Source: Ramazzottius varieornatus (taxonomy: Eukaryota > Animalia > Tardigrada). From it: a stretch of 64,000 nt of DNA. Below the pieces are notes generated by a model. That model saw only the letters and a program-made list of their open reading frames with translations, made no database searches and was not told the origin of the DNA. Position numbers and translations under genes: made by a program. The stretch spans positions 310,001-374,000 of the forward strand of contig BDGG01000005.1 of NCBI GenBank assembly GCA_001949185.1, given 5' to 3'. Positions 50,841 through 63,745 of this stretch are shown piece by piece; the first letter of the stretch is position 1, and each line of letters starts with the position of its first letter.

Positions 50841-53453
50841 CTTGGACACTGACAGACGGACGGGGCTTCAGCGAAGATCTTCCGAACAGCAGAGTAGGTC
50901 AGCTTCAACACAAACGATATCACTGTGACGAAGCAAGTTTACTATAGTATATTCGATGCGACGATAACGTAGAGTACTGCTCTTTCAAGCGCTCTTCGAC
51001 AGGTGGAATCCAACAGATCCAATCCGTACACGAGCACCGTTGTTCCTCCAACCCAGACTTTAGCTCTGGATCCAGTAAACGACAATGATCACGAGGAAGA
51101 AATTCGTTTGAATAAAACAGAAGAGGCCTGCAAAAAGTGCTAATCTTAAAAGACACAGAAGCGCAGTCTCGAGTCTCGACTCTTCGACTCTCTCCCCCTG
51201 GTTGTTCGTGCGCATGCAGCGCATCGTATGAGTGGGCACATTCTCCTGTCTTTGCTTTTGTTCCAGCATTGCACTTTCCAGCATTGCACTTTCCATCATG
51301 CACCTGCAAACACAGATATCGAAAGACTGCACCAGCATGTTGCATTTGATTGGCCGATTGACAGAATCGTCGAAGTCGCACACTATGAACGATCACTACG
51401 CTTACCAACCTTTCTCGTCTTTTGGTACCACTCAAAATTTGAATTTTACAAATTTCCAGCTCTTTCCCGGAATTTTGAGTACGAAGCCGAAAAGCAGGAA
51501 GATCTCGCGGCCTTACTATCGCCATAACCCACCCCCAGCCGTTGAGATGGTTGGATACTTTCAGTAAATGGCCGCGTAGTAGCGGAAGGACTTCCGACTA
51601 GTTACGAGCACCAGCAAGAACACGCCAACGACTTAAGTTTGTTCGCGAGAAACGCTTCTAGATGGTTCGGGGTTAAGAGTCCCATATAAATTTTCCACCT
51701 TCGTGAGCCAGGATGAGTCAATACTTGGTTTAAGCTCAGATTTTCATCGTGCACGATGCACTTGCGCTGACTGTATCGCGGTTTCCTGGTTCCTCGTATC
51801 ACCTGGCTTGTTCGAGCTGCCCATCTCGGGCCAGATCGATAGGAAGATTAACCATGCGTACGAGCTGTGTAGTTCTCTGGGATTGGGAGGAAGATTGCGA
51901 ACGTTAACGTCGTTTGCATCCCGCTGGGTGATTCACGGATTTGTTTTGGGCTGTGGAGAATAGGCAACCGTCGGGCGGTCATTTCGTGTTCCGCCGGGCG
52001 GTCATTTCGTTTTACGACCTGCAGAATAACGGGTCGATCAGAAGAGCAAAATATACGATAATAGCTTTTCCGACAGCAACATTCTTTCGGGTTGAGGGTG
52101 TGAATTGCTTTGCTCATTTCGTTAGTGCTTAATCGAGTGCGTCTATATTTATCTGCAAGATTGATGAATACCTTTGGCCATTGTTCGGCCGATTGAATAA
52201 CCAGCCCGTAAGGCTTCCAAACGCCGACCAAATGATCATTCACGCTTATCACTCCGCAGGAGGTTATGTTGCTTCATTCTTTGTCCAGATTACTTACAGC
52301 TGACGTACCTGCCTTTCCACTGTGCCTTCATGTAATCATGTTTCCTTGCTACCACTAACAGAAGCTTTCTTCTCATCAGAAGATAGTCAAGTTTGAACAA
52401 ACATCGCTCCCAAGAAAGAGCTCTATGCCAGCTATGCGACGCTCACGAACCCACACTTGCTGAAGTACCAGTGCGGGACCACAGAGCCGCGACCAAAATG
52501 TCGAAGCTCGTACGAATACCAGGGGCCGAAGCTTCGACGCCTTCGTAGCATGTCAAGTAGGTTCGACCATCGGGGTTTACAAAATCGCAAATTCGTTCTT
52601 ATGATAAATTTTAGAGAAAATACCGTCGACCGTTTTTGACTTATTGTCGAAGACTTATCATCGCGCTTTTCATGGGCATTCTCTGTTTAGAAACAATTAT
52701 GCCGGAAATATGTCTGCCGTAATCCTGCACCATGAACAAGTTCACGTGTATGAGTTAGCGAATGCGAGTGCAGTATTCTTTGGAATGTCCGTTAAAGACC
52801 GGCGCAGAAACTCTGCACTGTTATGAAGTGATTGCCTGGTCATTCATCAAGCGGCCAAGCAAACACGGTGGAAATTGCAGGTATGATTGGACTTAATCAT
52901 ATAGCTGCTGGAGGAAACCGTTTGCAATCATCTTTCCGCCACGCTTCTCTAGGAAGAAGATTAAGAGTCTCCTTTGAGAGCCACGAAACAAAGTAAACTG
53001 CGCTGCAGGGGTTGCATGTCACACCCTCTGCCGGATCACTTGCCGGCCTCCATTGACACCTTCTGTGCGCTTTCCTGCACATCCTATAATTAAACGTTTC
53101 TTTCCGGAATACCAAATATGTGCTTTTGATACCTACGACATCTGACACTCGAAGCCCGTGTATGTTTAATTGATTCATCCCCCGAGACCGAATTAAGTAT
53201 TAACACAGTCAACAGTAAATGAATCAACCATCCAAGGTCCCAAGCAGATCGCCCTCACGTAGGTATAGAATTCAAAGAAATTTCTCAACTATTTTCAGTT
53301 GAAAATACTTAACAGTTATACTGTGACTTCATCAGGTGCCGCAAACCATCTCACATGTACAAAGAGTTTTGTTAGTCTAATACCAACACCGAACATTCGG
53401 GAGTCGGGTTATGACCGGTGGAGCTTCCGCCATGAACATACAGTCAAGGCTAA

Positions 53454-54353
53454 CTACGCAGAATGGTCTTTCTTCATCTTTTGCGGTGCCTTTAATATTT
53501 GTTTTTTGTCAGGAGAAGGTCCGTCTTCTTTGAGGCATCTGTCAACTTTAGGGTGTTCAACTTCGGGACTTGCCGCGCTGCACTGCGTATGACTGTGTGG
53601 AAGATTGGAGGAAGTAGCCGCCGACAGGATCGCAGGTCGCGGCACGTCCGAGAGGATATCATCGATGGCAAACGACTTTTTCATCGTTCTGACAAAAGTG
53701 TGCTGCAAAGGATGGACAGCAAAGAATGGATTTGCAAGTGGGAAAGAGGAAGGCATGACACCGGATGGATGGCAGAAATATGGCTGTGCGAACTGCTGCC
53801 GCCAAAAGAAATCCGCACTGGGAAACGGCCCAGTCAGGCCAGGAGGAAAGGTCATGCTAGATTCCACGCGTGTAGAGTCCGGCTGTGACTGGTTCTGAAC
53901 TTTATATCGTTTCCGGCGACGGAGGAAACTGCCATTCTCGAACATGTTGGTGGCGTTAGGGTGGATGGCCCAAAAGCTGCCTTTCCCCGGCCGATCAGGT
54001 CGACGTGGAACTTTGACGAAACAGTCGTTAAAGGACAAGTTGTGTCGCCTACAGTGAAAGAAAATATCTTGGGCATAGTCAAGACCATACAAAATAAGGT
54101 ACTCTTAATCTCCAGAGTAAAAATCGAATTGGTTAATTATAAGGAAAACTGAATTTAAGAGATGATCTTACAATGAGTTTTGCCAGCGCTTAGTATTCTT
54201 CCGGTAGAAAGCAAATCGGTCCATGATAAACTTATAAATATCAGCCAGCGTCAGCATCTTCTCCGGAGAACTTTGAATGGCCATGGCCGTCAACGAGATG
54301 TAAGAGAATGGCGGTTTATGTTCCCCGTAAGAATTACGTCCGGGTCGAGGCAT
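53454..54353 (-). CDS. FoxB: Forkhead box B transcription factor (2 exons)
   Basis: [40 protein letters not shown]|[26 protein letters not shown]; eh1 motif SFAIDDIL. Confidence 0.95.
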
Positions 54354-55736
54354 GGTTGGTGTCCTTTCGGCTTTCGCAGAGCCGCGTCACGAAGAACCGC
54401 CGTCAGGCAGAAGACAGGCTTTGCTTCTAGTTTCGAGAAGCTGAAGGCAATATTGAAACCAATGTTTGACAAAACAGTTTGATACAAGGGACGAAGTGAT
54501 CAGGATGTGCGGACACGGAGCAAACCTTCGGTCGCGCAGTAAATCTTCGACTGGGCAAGTAAATTAGCTAGATACCTTCTGTCGAGCTTTTTGTCGCCAA
54601 AAGTACACCGTATTAACAACGTTTAGGTCAATATTTGCATTAAAGTCGTGTTAAGCTGTTTACATATACAGTACAGCACACTTGTCTTGCGCTAACTTCA
54701 AACAACGGAACAATTTGCTGTGCTTGACTCGCAACCAATGGCAGCTAATCGAATTCTGGCCCATTGTCAACCGTCGACAGGTAGAAGAAGGCGGAATGTT
54801 GGCCGATAAGCGCTTCTTGAACCCTATAGAAACTTTTCCGAATACCGGTTGGCCTAGGTATAATCTTAGCATTCATACTTTCATTCAGTGAGCAAAGCAA
54901 TTTATTTCGTCCATCTATCTTGTCTCTGCACAATAACATTCAAGCTCCATACAAACGCAAATCGAGCTGTCACATTGTCAGGTACAAATCCATACCAATA
55001 GAAGGCCATGTCTGAGCGGAGCCGCCCATGTTCATACTCGAGCAGATGGCATTCATTTTCTGTCATAGCAATGTGACAGCCACCGAAGTCGAGTGACGTG
55101 GCACTTTGTCTCGAACCTTCATCCACAAAATGCAACGAAAGCCTTTTCCTGGTACAGCAGTCCGTTATTCCTGTTCAGGAAGATCTCTGGAATAAACAGC
55201 AGTCATAAAAGTCGGGTTCTTTCGTCGAAGGATTTAGTCTCTTCGGACCTTTGCAGCCCACACCAACAAAAGCCTCTAGATAGGAGCTGCCTTTCTACCG
55301 AAGAATCGGTCGAAATCGCTGAAAGAAATTGTCCGGGAAACCTGCCTGAATGCGTCACTGTTAGATATCATTCTCTTGATCTGACACACGAATCAAGTTT
55401 CTCACAAAACTGCCCTAACCAGAACCCTGGTTCCCTGCGGGTGTTCCCGAGTTGTGATTAACTGATTATACCGGCTACCAATCAAGTTTTAAGGAATAGG
55501 AAAAACCAGTTTACTTTACGCGTATCGAACTTCAGCTAACGAGATTTTTCAGTTAGAAAAGAAGTGCACCAACTGCTGGAAAAGAAGAGCACTGACTACA
55601 GTACGATTACTCATGTTGTCGCAGAGGCGCATAAGTCTGCTCAGTAAAAATCTGCTACTAAAGAATTTCGATCAAAGAGTTCTTTGCACCAAAACTTTTA
55701 ACCTGAAAACACCCGCGAGACATTCCGCAGACGACT

Positions 55737-57081
55737 TTAGGACTTTCGAGGACCTTTCTGTTGCTTGCCTCCACTTCCAGCTTGCTTGCTACCTTGTCCC
55801 GCTGTATCCGGCTTCTTGGCCGGAGGAGCGTCGTCCGATTCATCCGACTCCCCACTATCGTCCTCATCGCCATCTTCATCCTCCTCGTCGAAGTCATCTT
55901 CATCGTCGAAATCGTCGTCCTCGCCATCTTGGCCGGTGAAGATGAGCAGAGCGCGTGGAACGACGCGGGTTCGAATGTAGCTGGCCATCTCAAAGTCCAG
56001 TTCCGCTTGTTCGGCCTGCTCGTCCAGCTTGTCATCTTCTGCTGCGTCGCCCGCTCCTGCGTTGGCGCTCTTGCTCAGGCTGCTTAAATCCTCCACTTTC
56101 GGTGAGAAGAACGTGAAGAAAGACTCCGTTTCTATCTCGTTTGTAACTTGCCGACGTTGGCCAGTCTTTTTGTTTCGCTGCAATAGAGAGCAAAGGACTC
56201 AGATACGGGTCAACTGGCGCATTACTTACTAAAATTACGTATGACATCACACCACGCAAAAGCAGCTGCCAGTCCCCGATCAACCGGCGCACATGCGCCA
56301 TTCCGTAACTCAATCTCCGAAGTTCTAAATCATATCTTCCCGTAGTGAAAACCTCAAGTTTGATAGGGAGACTTACTTGGAAGGTAACTTCAGTAGTTCT
56401 GGTCGTATTCTTTCCCTCTTTCCAGTTGATGACGGTTCCGTTGGTGGTGCTGGGGGAAAGTCCGCTGGCGTGGTACAGTTCTTCGCGATCGATGTCGGTC
56501 TTGAATTCGTAACTTCGCGTCAACACATTGTTGTGGAAGAAAGGATTCTCTGCAAACTCAAACTCGAGAGAAAAGCCCAAAGGTTTCTCAGAATACACCA
56601 CACGGATGTCAGTCAGGTGAGTCAGCACTTCGCTATCCTTCTCGCTAATGAGATGTTCCGTATGAACTGAGGCCATCAAAACTGCCTTCCAGAACTCAGG
56701 AATACCTTTCTCCTCGTTCGCCTCTCCCATAGTTTGTTCGGTCTCACCATCCTTCAGCAGGAACTTGGTCTCTTGTTCGGTCGGCGTTATTACACCGTTT
56801 ATGATATCGGCACGCTTCTTGAGCAGGGGAATCATCTTCTTGTGATATTCGGCTTCCAGAGTGAAGAGCTTGGTATGCATGTCCATCTTCACCTTCTGAA
56901 TGTCCATATGAATGTGCTTGAGTGCGTTGATCCGCTCGACGATGTTGCGAGGAAGAGTGACTTCTTCTTCTTCTTCTTCGTCGTCATCGTGGTTGTCGCC
57001 GGCGCCGAGGTGAGGAGGATGAACTGGAGCGAGCTGTCCTTTCGCCTCCTGTTTTCCTTTAGCGGGATCCAGAGGAGCCAT
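55737..57081 (-). CDS. Nucleosome assembly protein 1-like histone chaperone (2 exons)
   Basis: LPRNIVERINALK; KGIPEFWK; FSLEFEFAENPFFHNNVLTRSY; INWKEGKN; ESFFTFFSP; DFEMASYIRTRVVPRA; acidic tail. Confidence 0.92.
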
Positions 57082-57862
57082 ACTTCCGAATGTAGCAAAC
57101 GACAAAAGTTCGATATGACAGAGAAGTCCGAGAAAGACTTCGTACGAAGCCGGCGAGCAGACTTTTATACCAACGGACCTGATTCCCTGAATCAAGCGAA
57201 ACGTTAAGAAGACGAAAACATTAAGCCAATTAACTAGTGACATCAGCCACATTGCGATTCCCAAATTCAGCTCGTAAGGGTGGTCGCGCCTGCAGGTGGC
57301 GCTGAGTTTGGAGAGCCTCAAGTAACCTGATGAGAATGCGTCCTTTGAATTTATTCCCAGGTGGAAGCCGCAAGGCTACAGTATCTGGCTGTCTGCTTCT
57401 GACTGTCGGCACATCGAAAAGAGCCAGAAGACTTCCTTGTATAGCCCAAAAATGGGGCATAGGGTTGGTAGCTTGGAGAAAAGGTTCACGTAGGGACAAC
57501 CACGAACTTTTTCGAACGGACAAAGAAGCCACGAAGTGGACGCAGTTATTAATGGCAATAGTCATATAAAAGTTGTTACAGTTTCTAGCAGGTAGGCAAA
57601 TGTTCGATGAACAACAGCAGAGACCAGAACTCTAGACTCAAATTTACAAAAAAAACTGATCTGGCTCTCCCGAATCCCAAATACTTCATGACACAAAACT
57701 GTGCAATGCTTTTCTGACAAAGAAGCTATTTGTAATAATCGGGCAAAATCCATCACGGAGCTCCGTTAGTTCCTTGTAGATGCCTGTGACGGAAAATAAG
57801 GTTAGGAAAATAAACATTAGCTTGGCAGTATTTGAGAACATTCGTATGGATCAAACGCTGGC

Positions 57863-58246
57863 CTACCATGCTCCTTGACCAGCCCACGGGCCTCTGTACT
57901 TTTCGAGCCATCGACCAGGTGGATAATAGTCAGCTTGTCCCCATCGGTAAACTCGCGGTCCTGTTCCGTTGTTACACACAGGACATCGCTGTCCAACTGG
58001 AGCATGGTGGCAGAACCCGAATGATCCGGATGTGGGAGTTTCGGCGTACAAGGGTCCGTTCGGAGGTCCAACATAGAGTCTGTCGCCGTAAGCCTGTTCT
58101 TGTTGTTGTCCATTTTGTCCGGATCGAGATGCCGACCCGGAACGCCGAGATCCAGACAGAGAGCGAGATCGGAGGGATGATCCTCTGTAGGTTTCCATAT
58201 CACGACCTCTCCGCTTCGAAGAACAAAGTCCAGCGCAGGCATCCAT
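57863..58246 (-). CDS. Orphan 127-aa protein candidate (RS-rich N-terminus, CHH..CPVC, G/W/Y-rich C-terminus)
   Basis: The ATG follows a plausible splice acceptor (about 58254), and there is an upstream GTAAG donor near 58799. Composition looks coding. An alternative frame (57817-58242) is also open. Confidence 0.45.
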   Translation of the reverse strand: MDACAGLCSSKRRGRDMETYRGSSLRSRSLSGSRRSGSASRSGQNGQQQEQAYGDRLYVGPPNGPLYAETPTSGSFGFCHHAPVGQRCPVCNNGTGPRVYRWGQADYYPPGRWLEKYRGPWAGQGAW

Positions 58247-59261
58247 CTAGATCTTCAAAAAGGGAACAGAAATCGAAAATAGGATTTAAATCCGTTGTTT
58301 GCGTGAACAGCGGCTCGTTTGAACTGTCTGAAGAATAAAGTAACAGCATAAGGAAGTCCACCAAAATATTCCAGTGTTCAATTTCATATACAACTGTTTC
58401 ATAACCGTAATGATTGCCATGTAAGCAACAAACTAAGGCACAGAAAGATGAGTCAGGAAGTGCGAACGCACCAAATTATGCGGCACAGGCGGCACCAAGG
58501 TTTTCAAGTTTGCGTCATGTGATTGGGTCTCCGCCGTCTTGACGCATGCGAAAGATTGTTATTGTAAATCGTTGTTTTGCAGTCGTCAGTACTGGTACTC
58601 TGCCAAGTGCCAACTGAATCACAGTTGCCGTCAGCTTGCATGCGATCGTTTTACTTTCATGAAGCTCAGCCAGCCGAGAACCATGAAGCTTTAATCGAAT
58701 GAGTCTTAAGTCTATTCTAGCACGCGCAGTTGTTCGAAACTTCCGGTCCAGTTTCAAACATTCATATAGTGTGAAGAGCATGTCGAAAACATTCTTACCG
58801 TCAACACGCCTTATCAGTTCATGTTATTCGCAAATAGTTTCGAGGTTCTGGTACCATCGAACAAAAGGGTTTTGAAGAACTGCTTGATAAGGAGTCGAAT
58901 TCGCTAATATATTACTGATCTCTCGGTAAATTCTCAAGCGAAATAAGATAAGAACTAAATATACATAGTTAAATCACTGCATAGCACACGCCGAATATCC
59001 CGTTTCTGCTAAGAAACCCGGGAGCGAGAAATCCCTTGGTTAGCTAGTCAAGCTAATTCACCGTGATACGACGGACCGTTTTCGACGTGAGTCACGTGAC
59101 AATCCATAACGCTGTCAGTCTATAATGCTGTAATAAGTAATGTAATGCTATAGTCTCCCAGGTGACCATGTCGTCACGCTGCTGCGCACTACCAGAGTGA
59201 TACACGTGCCGAAGCTGTTTGCCATGCCAGGCTTTACAGCATTGGATAGCATGGCACAATC

Positions 59262-59878
59262 TAGAGACCTGGGCCGCAGGTCAAAAAGTACGCTGCATCT
59301 GCACTGCGTCCTTTTCTGGTACTCGGCAACTACGCTACGCTGCGTAAATCTGGACCGGAAGGACGGTGCAGCTGCGCTGCACCTTACTGTACGTGCGAGG
59401 CAACTGCGCTGCGGTTTCAATAACAAATTTCCTCCGCTTTCCTCCAGAGAATTGTCAGATAACACGTGATCCTCCATTATAGAGCTCTAATCATTCGGCT
59501 AACAAAAGCAGTTCACAGCAAAGTGCGTTGAAGCTACCTACAGAACTAACTGTGTCAAAGTCCGAAACTTCCGGTCACAGTGACAGCTTAACCACTAAGC
59601 CCTTTACGGTTGGGCGAAGCACTATTTCAAGGAAAGCTTGCGCGACCGGTCGTTGTTTTATGAAGAAACAGAATACACCTAGCAAACAAGGGTTGTATAA
59701 CGGCCGCTAACCGGGAGATCCTTAGTTTGAAAATCGAAAACTCTGTTTTCGTATCATCTGCAGCTGCGCTGCCGTAGCTTGTCAGGCACTGCATACTGCG
59801 CTGCGCTGCACACAAAGGTCAAAGTGAATACTGCAACTGCGCTGCCACGCAGCGCACGCGGCCAGATCCCGGTCTCTA
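59262..59878. mobile_element. Non-autonomous hAT-type element with GCTGC subterminal repeats, copy A
   Basis: Perfect 8-bp TSD GCACAATC (59254-61, 59879-86); TIR TAGAGACC(T/G)GG; clustered CTGCGCTGC motifs near both ends. Confidence 0.9.
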
Positions 59879-60422
59879 GCACAATCACGCGGAGAGTTGG
59901 TTTTGGCAGGCCATGAGGTTCTTTTACCAGTGGAGAAAGCAGCAAGTTTGTTCTGGCTAGTGTTCAGCATTGCTCTTAGTGAACTGACGCAGCTTTGACT
60001 TTTCTTCCTACTCTGTCAAGCAACTTTCTGCCGGATCCGTTGTTCCGTTTAAATGTTAGATTTTGAAGGCTATCTTTTTGCTCAAAGGAAAAAACATGTG
60101 CGGCCACTGCAAGCCGGTAGAATAATTAACACAATAGTAAAGTTAATTGCGTGTTACAAATTGTAGACCACTTAAGACCACGATCCTACACACACTGTCT
60201 GACATGGCATACTTCCACCAAACCAATCAGACATCTATTCGGACAGGTTATAATTCCCAGCTTCTCCTAAACATAAACTTCTGGTTGCCACGAACCTATT
60301 AAGGAGCTATTAACAGGGTTGTGCCGTATGACGCAATGTTCGCGCGTTTTCACGAACAACTTTTTCTTCCTGTGTGTCTGTTTGCGGAACCAACCTCGAT
60401 CTTCTTCCCTTCCTGTCAGCTT

Positions 60423-61659
60423 ATGGTAAGACTGCTAACTGGATTTGTCGTGATTGTATACAGTAAGTACGCCAGCTCTTTATTTGCAGATTATCCTGAA
60501 CGTCTTCGCTCTGGACAAGTACATCACCACCGTCTGCAGCTGCTGTCTGAAAGTCCATCACCGCGACTCGTCACTGCCTTTTCCGTCTTCTTTCAATTCA
60601 TCGCAGATCTACAAGTGCCTTCGCAGTGACACAGGTGTGTAGCTGATCCATTTTACGTGTTCGTAGTACATGAACGTATACAGAAATCTTGTCATTTTCA
60701 CACATGCAAGTGCTGTTACCCACCGATGCTGCCTATAACGTCACAAGTCACGTGTGCAACATACGCGACTACAGCACGTGACCTAGACTTCATGCGTGTG
60801 TCCGGGACACGTATGCAGGAAATGCGCACTAGTGCATGCACATAGAAGTGCGCATGGGTGGAGCTTTACTTAGCACGTATTGGCACATATTGGGCGACCA
60901 ATCAGCACTGGCTACGCAAATGCGGCGCGTTTTGAGGGACTTACGTTAGAGCACGGAATCTGGCCGCATGCGCTGCACTGCACTGCAGCACAGCTGCAGC
61001 GCGTGAACTGACGAAATTTCTGCGGCGCAGCACAGCATACAGCGGAAAGCCATAAACTGCCGCGCAGATGCACCTGCCGAAACCTGACAAAAATTACATT
61101 TTCGGGCATTCGAACGTCAGCCGTCTCAGCTTTGCCGTACTTTAGGGCAACGTTCTCCAGGTTGACTACCGATTTCGCTGACTCAATTAGAAACCACGAC
61201 AATACGCCGGCGGTCCGCACAGTTGCACCAACGCGCATCTGCAGCACAGCTGCTTAGCCACTGGGCATGAAAGTTGTGCAGCACAGCGCAGCGTACAGCG
61301 CCCTGGTAATGTGCGCAGCACAGTCACAGCGTACCTTTGAACCTGCGGCCCAGTGTTCTAACTCACGCAGCAGCAAGTGCGCCAACCATCCAGACGTTAG
61401 TTGTAACAGTTCATTGATATTGATTTCTTCTGTTTTTAGGCTACACGTTCCAGAAAATGCCCTTTATCACCGACATCGCTCTGAAACCAGAGTTTTTCAG
61501 GACCGCCCCAATGAAATGCCTTCGTTTCTTTAAAGAATTCAAGGTTTAATTATTTCAAAAAATTTAATGGATATTTAATTTCTGTATCGAGCAGAACTTT
61601 CTCCATACAGGGATCAGAGCAATGCAGTGTTTTTCAAGACACCGTATTGCAATTCAGAG
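60423..61659 (+). CDS. Candidate spliced orphan gene (partial model)
   Basis: Exons at about 60490-60633, 61440-61543 and 61611-61658 are bounded by AG/GT and phase-compatible (IILNVFALDKYITTVCSCC..SDT|GYTFQKMPFITD..KEFK|GSEQCSVFQD). No homology recognised. Confidence 0.35.
60947..61360. mobile_element. hAT-type element copy B, inverted and more decayed relative of copy A
   Basis: Its ends match copy A in reverse orientation (TAGAGCACGGAATCTGGCCGC; CAGCGTACCTTTGAACCTGCGGCCCAGTGTTCTA). Flanks ACTTACGT / ACTCACGC give a 6/8 TSD. Confidence 0.8.
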
Positions 61660-62583
61660 TAAGTGCGATGGGCAGCTGCTGGACGCGACCTCAACTGAAG
61701 CATTGGTTAGTTGTTCGTAACGTTACAATGCCTTAAAAAGATCGAAACTCAACCTCGTATCACCTCCATCCGTAAACAAAAATTCCCACGCTGGAAAATC
61801 TCAGAAAGGTTCATGTGTGAATCGCCAAATTGCAAAGTTTACCATGGGCAAATAAAATCACTCACATTGGTGAAGTCGAAACTCGAGTTATTTTATGTCG
61901 TTATCACTTATCTACCCTGTTCTGTCTCCAAGTGATCCGGTAATCTCAAATGATAGATGGTGTAAGTCTAAAGTAAATGAAGTAATGTCTCACTAAGTAA
62001 ACGTGTTCTGCATTGTCGGTTCGATGGAGCTTCCCAATCCACCACTCACAGGTAAGTCACGCCCCGTGCACATAGCTGATCCTCCCTCGACTTGATGCAT
62101 TTTCATGTTAACCAATGAGGCGATTTGCTCTATTTTTGAAATTTCTGTTTTTACCTCTATTTGGGCGGAGTTACATTATCCAATCCCAATGGAGAATCCT
62201 ACGTCATCCAACTCTCCTCGTGATTTTCCATCAGAATTTTAGTAAATTTTGCACGTGTATCACTCTGGCACTGCTGCAATCAGACTGTCAGAGTAATCAG
62301 TTGTCATATCAGTTATCACATCCATAATTCCAAAATACCTCTTCGCTACGAATCCAGATCTTATCTTCATTTTGACTTTGTCTTCTGTTTGCAGGGTATC
62401 GAGGAGGGTTGAATCTACTTTCCCGACATCTACAGCGTCATCGACCACCGCAGCTTACTGTTTACCTTTCCTTGTTGGAAGTACGGACCACGCTGTTTCC
62501 CAACTGGTGACTGGCGCTTCCTGATACCATATTCTTTCGAACAAACCTCGACTACCTTCTGGAGCGAGACACCAGAAGTTGAA

Positions 62584-63354
62584 ATGGAAGCTGATCCAGC
62601 TCAAGAAGATTCCTGCACTCCTCCTCTGCGCGCCTTCGACCCGTCGGTGTTCTTGGGAGAAGAATCCGTGAGACGGAATCATCCGCTCGTGATTAATTTC
62701 CACAGGGATGTTCTCCCTGCAGCCGTCGACGTGGTAAGGGCAGCGTTTCGACAGTACGCAGGAAGTCCGCTGGCCGTAGCGTTCAACGGAGGCAAAGACT
62801 GTACTGTTTTACTGGACCTGGTTATTCGCACTTTCCGCGAATTTAGCTCGGAAGAAGATCTTTCTCATCAGTCGGTACCTATCCTGGCAGTATATTTCCG
62901 CAGTCGGCCGCAGTTCCCCGAAGTTGAAAAGTTCATACAGGAAAAGATTCGCGAACTCGACATTCCGCTGGAAATATACGACGGTGACTTGAAGGAGTCT
63001 CTCGGGAAGTTCGTGCAAAGCCATCCTTCCGTTAAAGGTATATTTATGGGCACGCGCAGTGGTGATCCGCGTTCGCAACACTTGGAAGCCTTTAGTCCGA
63101 CAGATCCGTCCTGGCCACCCATCATGAGGATTTTGCCTTTGCTGAAAATGTCTTACCATAACATTTGGCTTTATTTACTAGACTTCAAAGTTTCTTATTG
63201 CAAAATGTATGATAATGGTTATAGCTCAATAGGCTGGAAATACAATACTTTTGTAAATCCGAAACTTGTTTTAAACCATGTGGACGGAAGAACCGAGTAT
63301 AAACCTGCGTATTTGCTTGAAGATTCTGATGAGGAAAGGTTATACCGAAAATAA
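62584..63354 (+). CDS. FAD synthase (PAPS-reductase-family domain only), intronless
   Basis: AFNGGKDCTVLL; GTRSGDP; PTDPSWPPIMRILPL; YCKMYDNGYSSIG; YKPAYLL...ER. Confidence 0.93.
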   Translation: MEADPAQEDSCTPPLRAFDPSVFLGEESVRRNHPLVINFHRDVLPAAVDVVRAAFRQYAGSPLAVAFNGGKDCTVLLDLVIRTFREFSSEEDLSHQSVPILAVYFRSRPQFPEVEKFIQEKIRELDIPLEIYDGDLKESLGKFVQSHPSVKGIFMGTRSGDPRSQHLEAFSPTDPSWPPIMRILPLLKMSYHNIWLYLLDFKVSYCKMYDNGYSSIGWKYNTFVNPKLVLNHVDGRTEYKPAYLLEDSDEERLYRK

Positions 63355-63745
63355 AAAACTAGGGTCACTTTTCATGTTTTATCCTAATGATGCTTGAAGG
63401 ACTAGAGCGTTAAATTTGAGGTTCATTAACAGAATGAGAACCTTTGTACTTCCGCCCTATGGTAAACATATGACCTTCCGTCTGCAGGTGTGTGAAAGAC
63501 TAGCCCAAGCACGTCGAATGATCAAATGTATTCACACTCGGAAAACTTTATTCTTCGACGGAAAACTTCATTCACTTACTGACTTACCGAATGGCGATAA
63601 AAACGCGAGAAAAGATCGCACAAATCTTTAAAACGGAAGAATGTACTAGTAAAAAAAAAGCACATGAACTTCAAGAGTAGGCTCGTCGTTCGAAAGTCTG
63701 GTGGAGAAACATAATCACAAACATGCTTGGCTCAAACAGACGCGC

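Noticed and set aside
51264-51296. 15-bp tandem duplication CCAGCATTGCACTTT and surrounding ORFs (50920-51567)
   Set aside because: A simple local duplication. The ORFs have no recognisable homology or exon chain.
62260-62703. Short minus-strand ORFs upstream of and overlapping FAD synthase
   Set aside because: They could not be joined into a consistent gene model.
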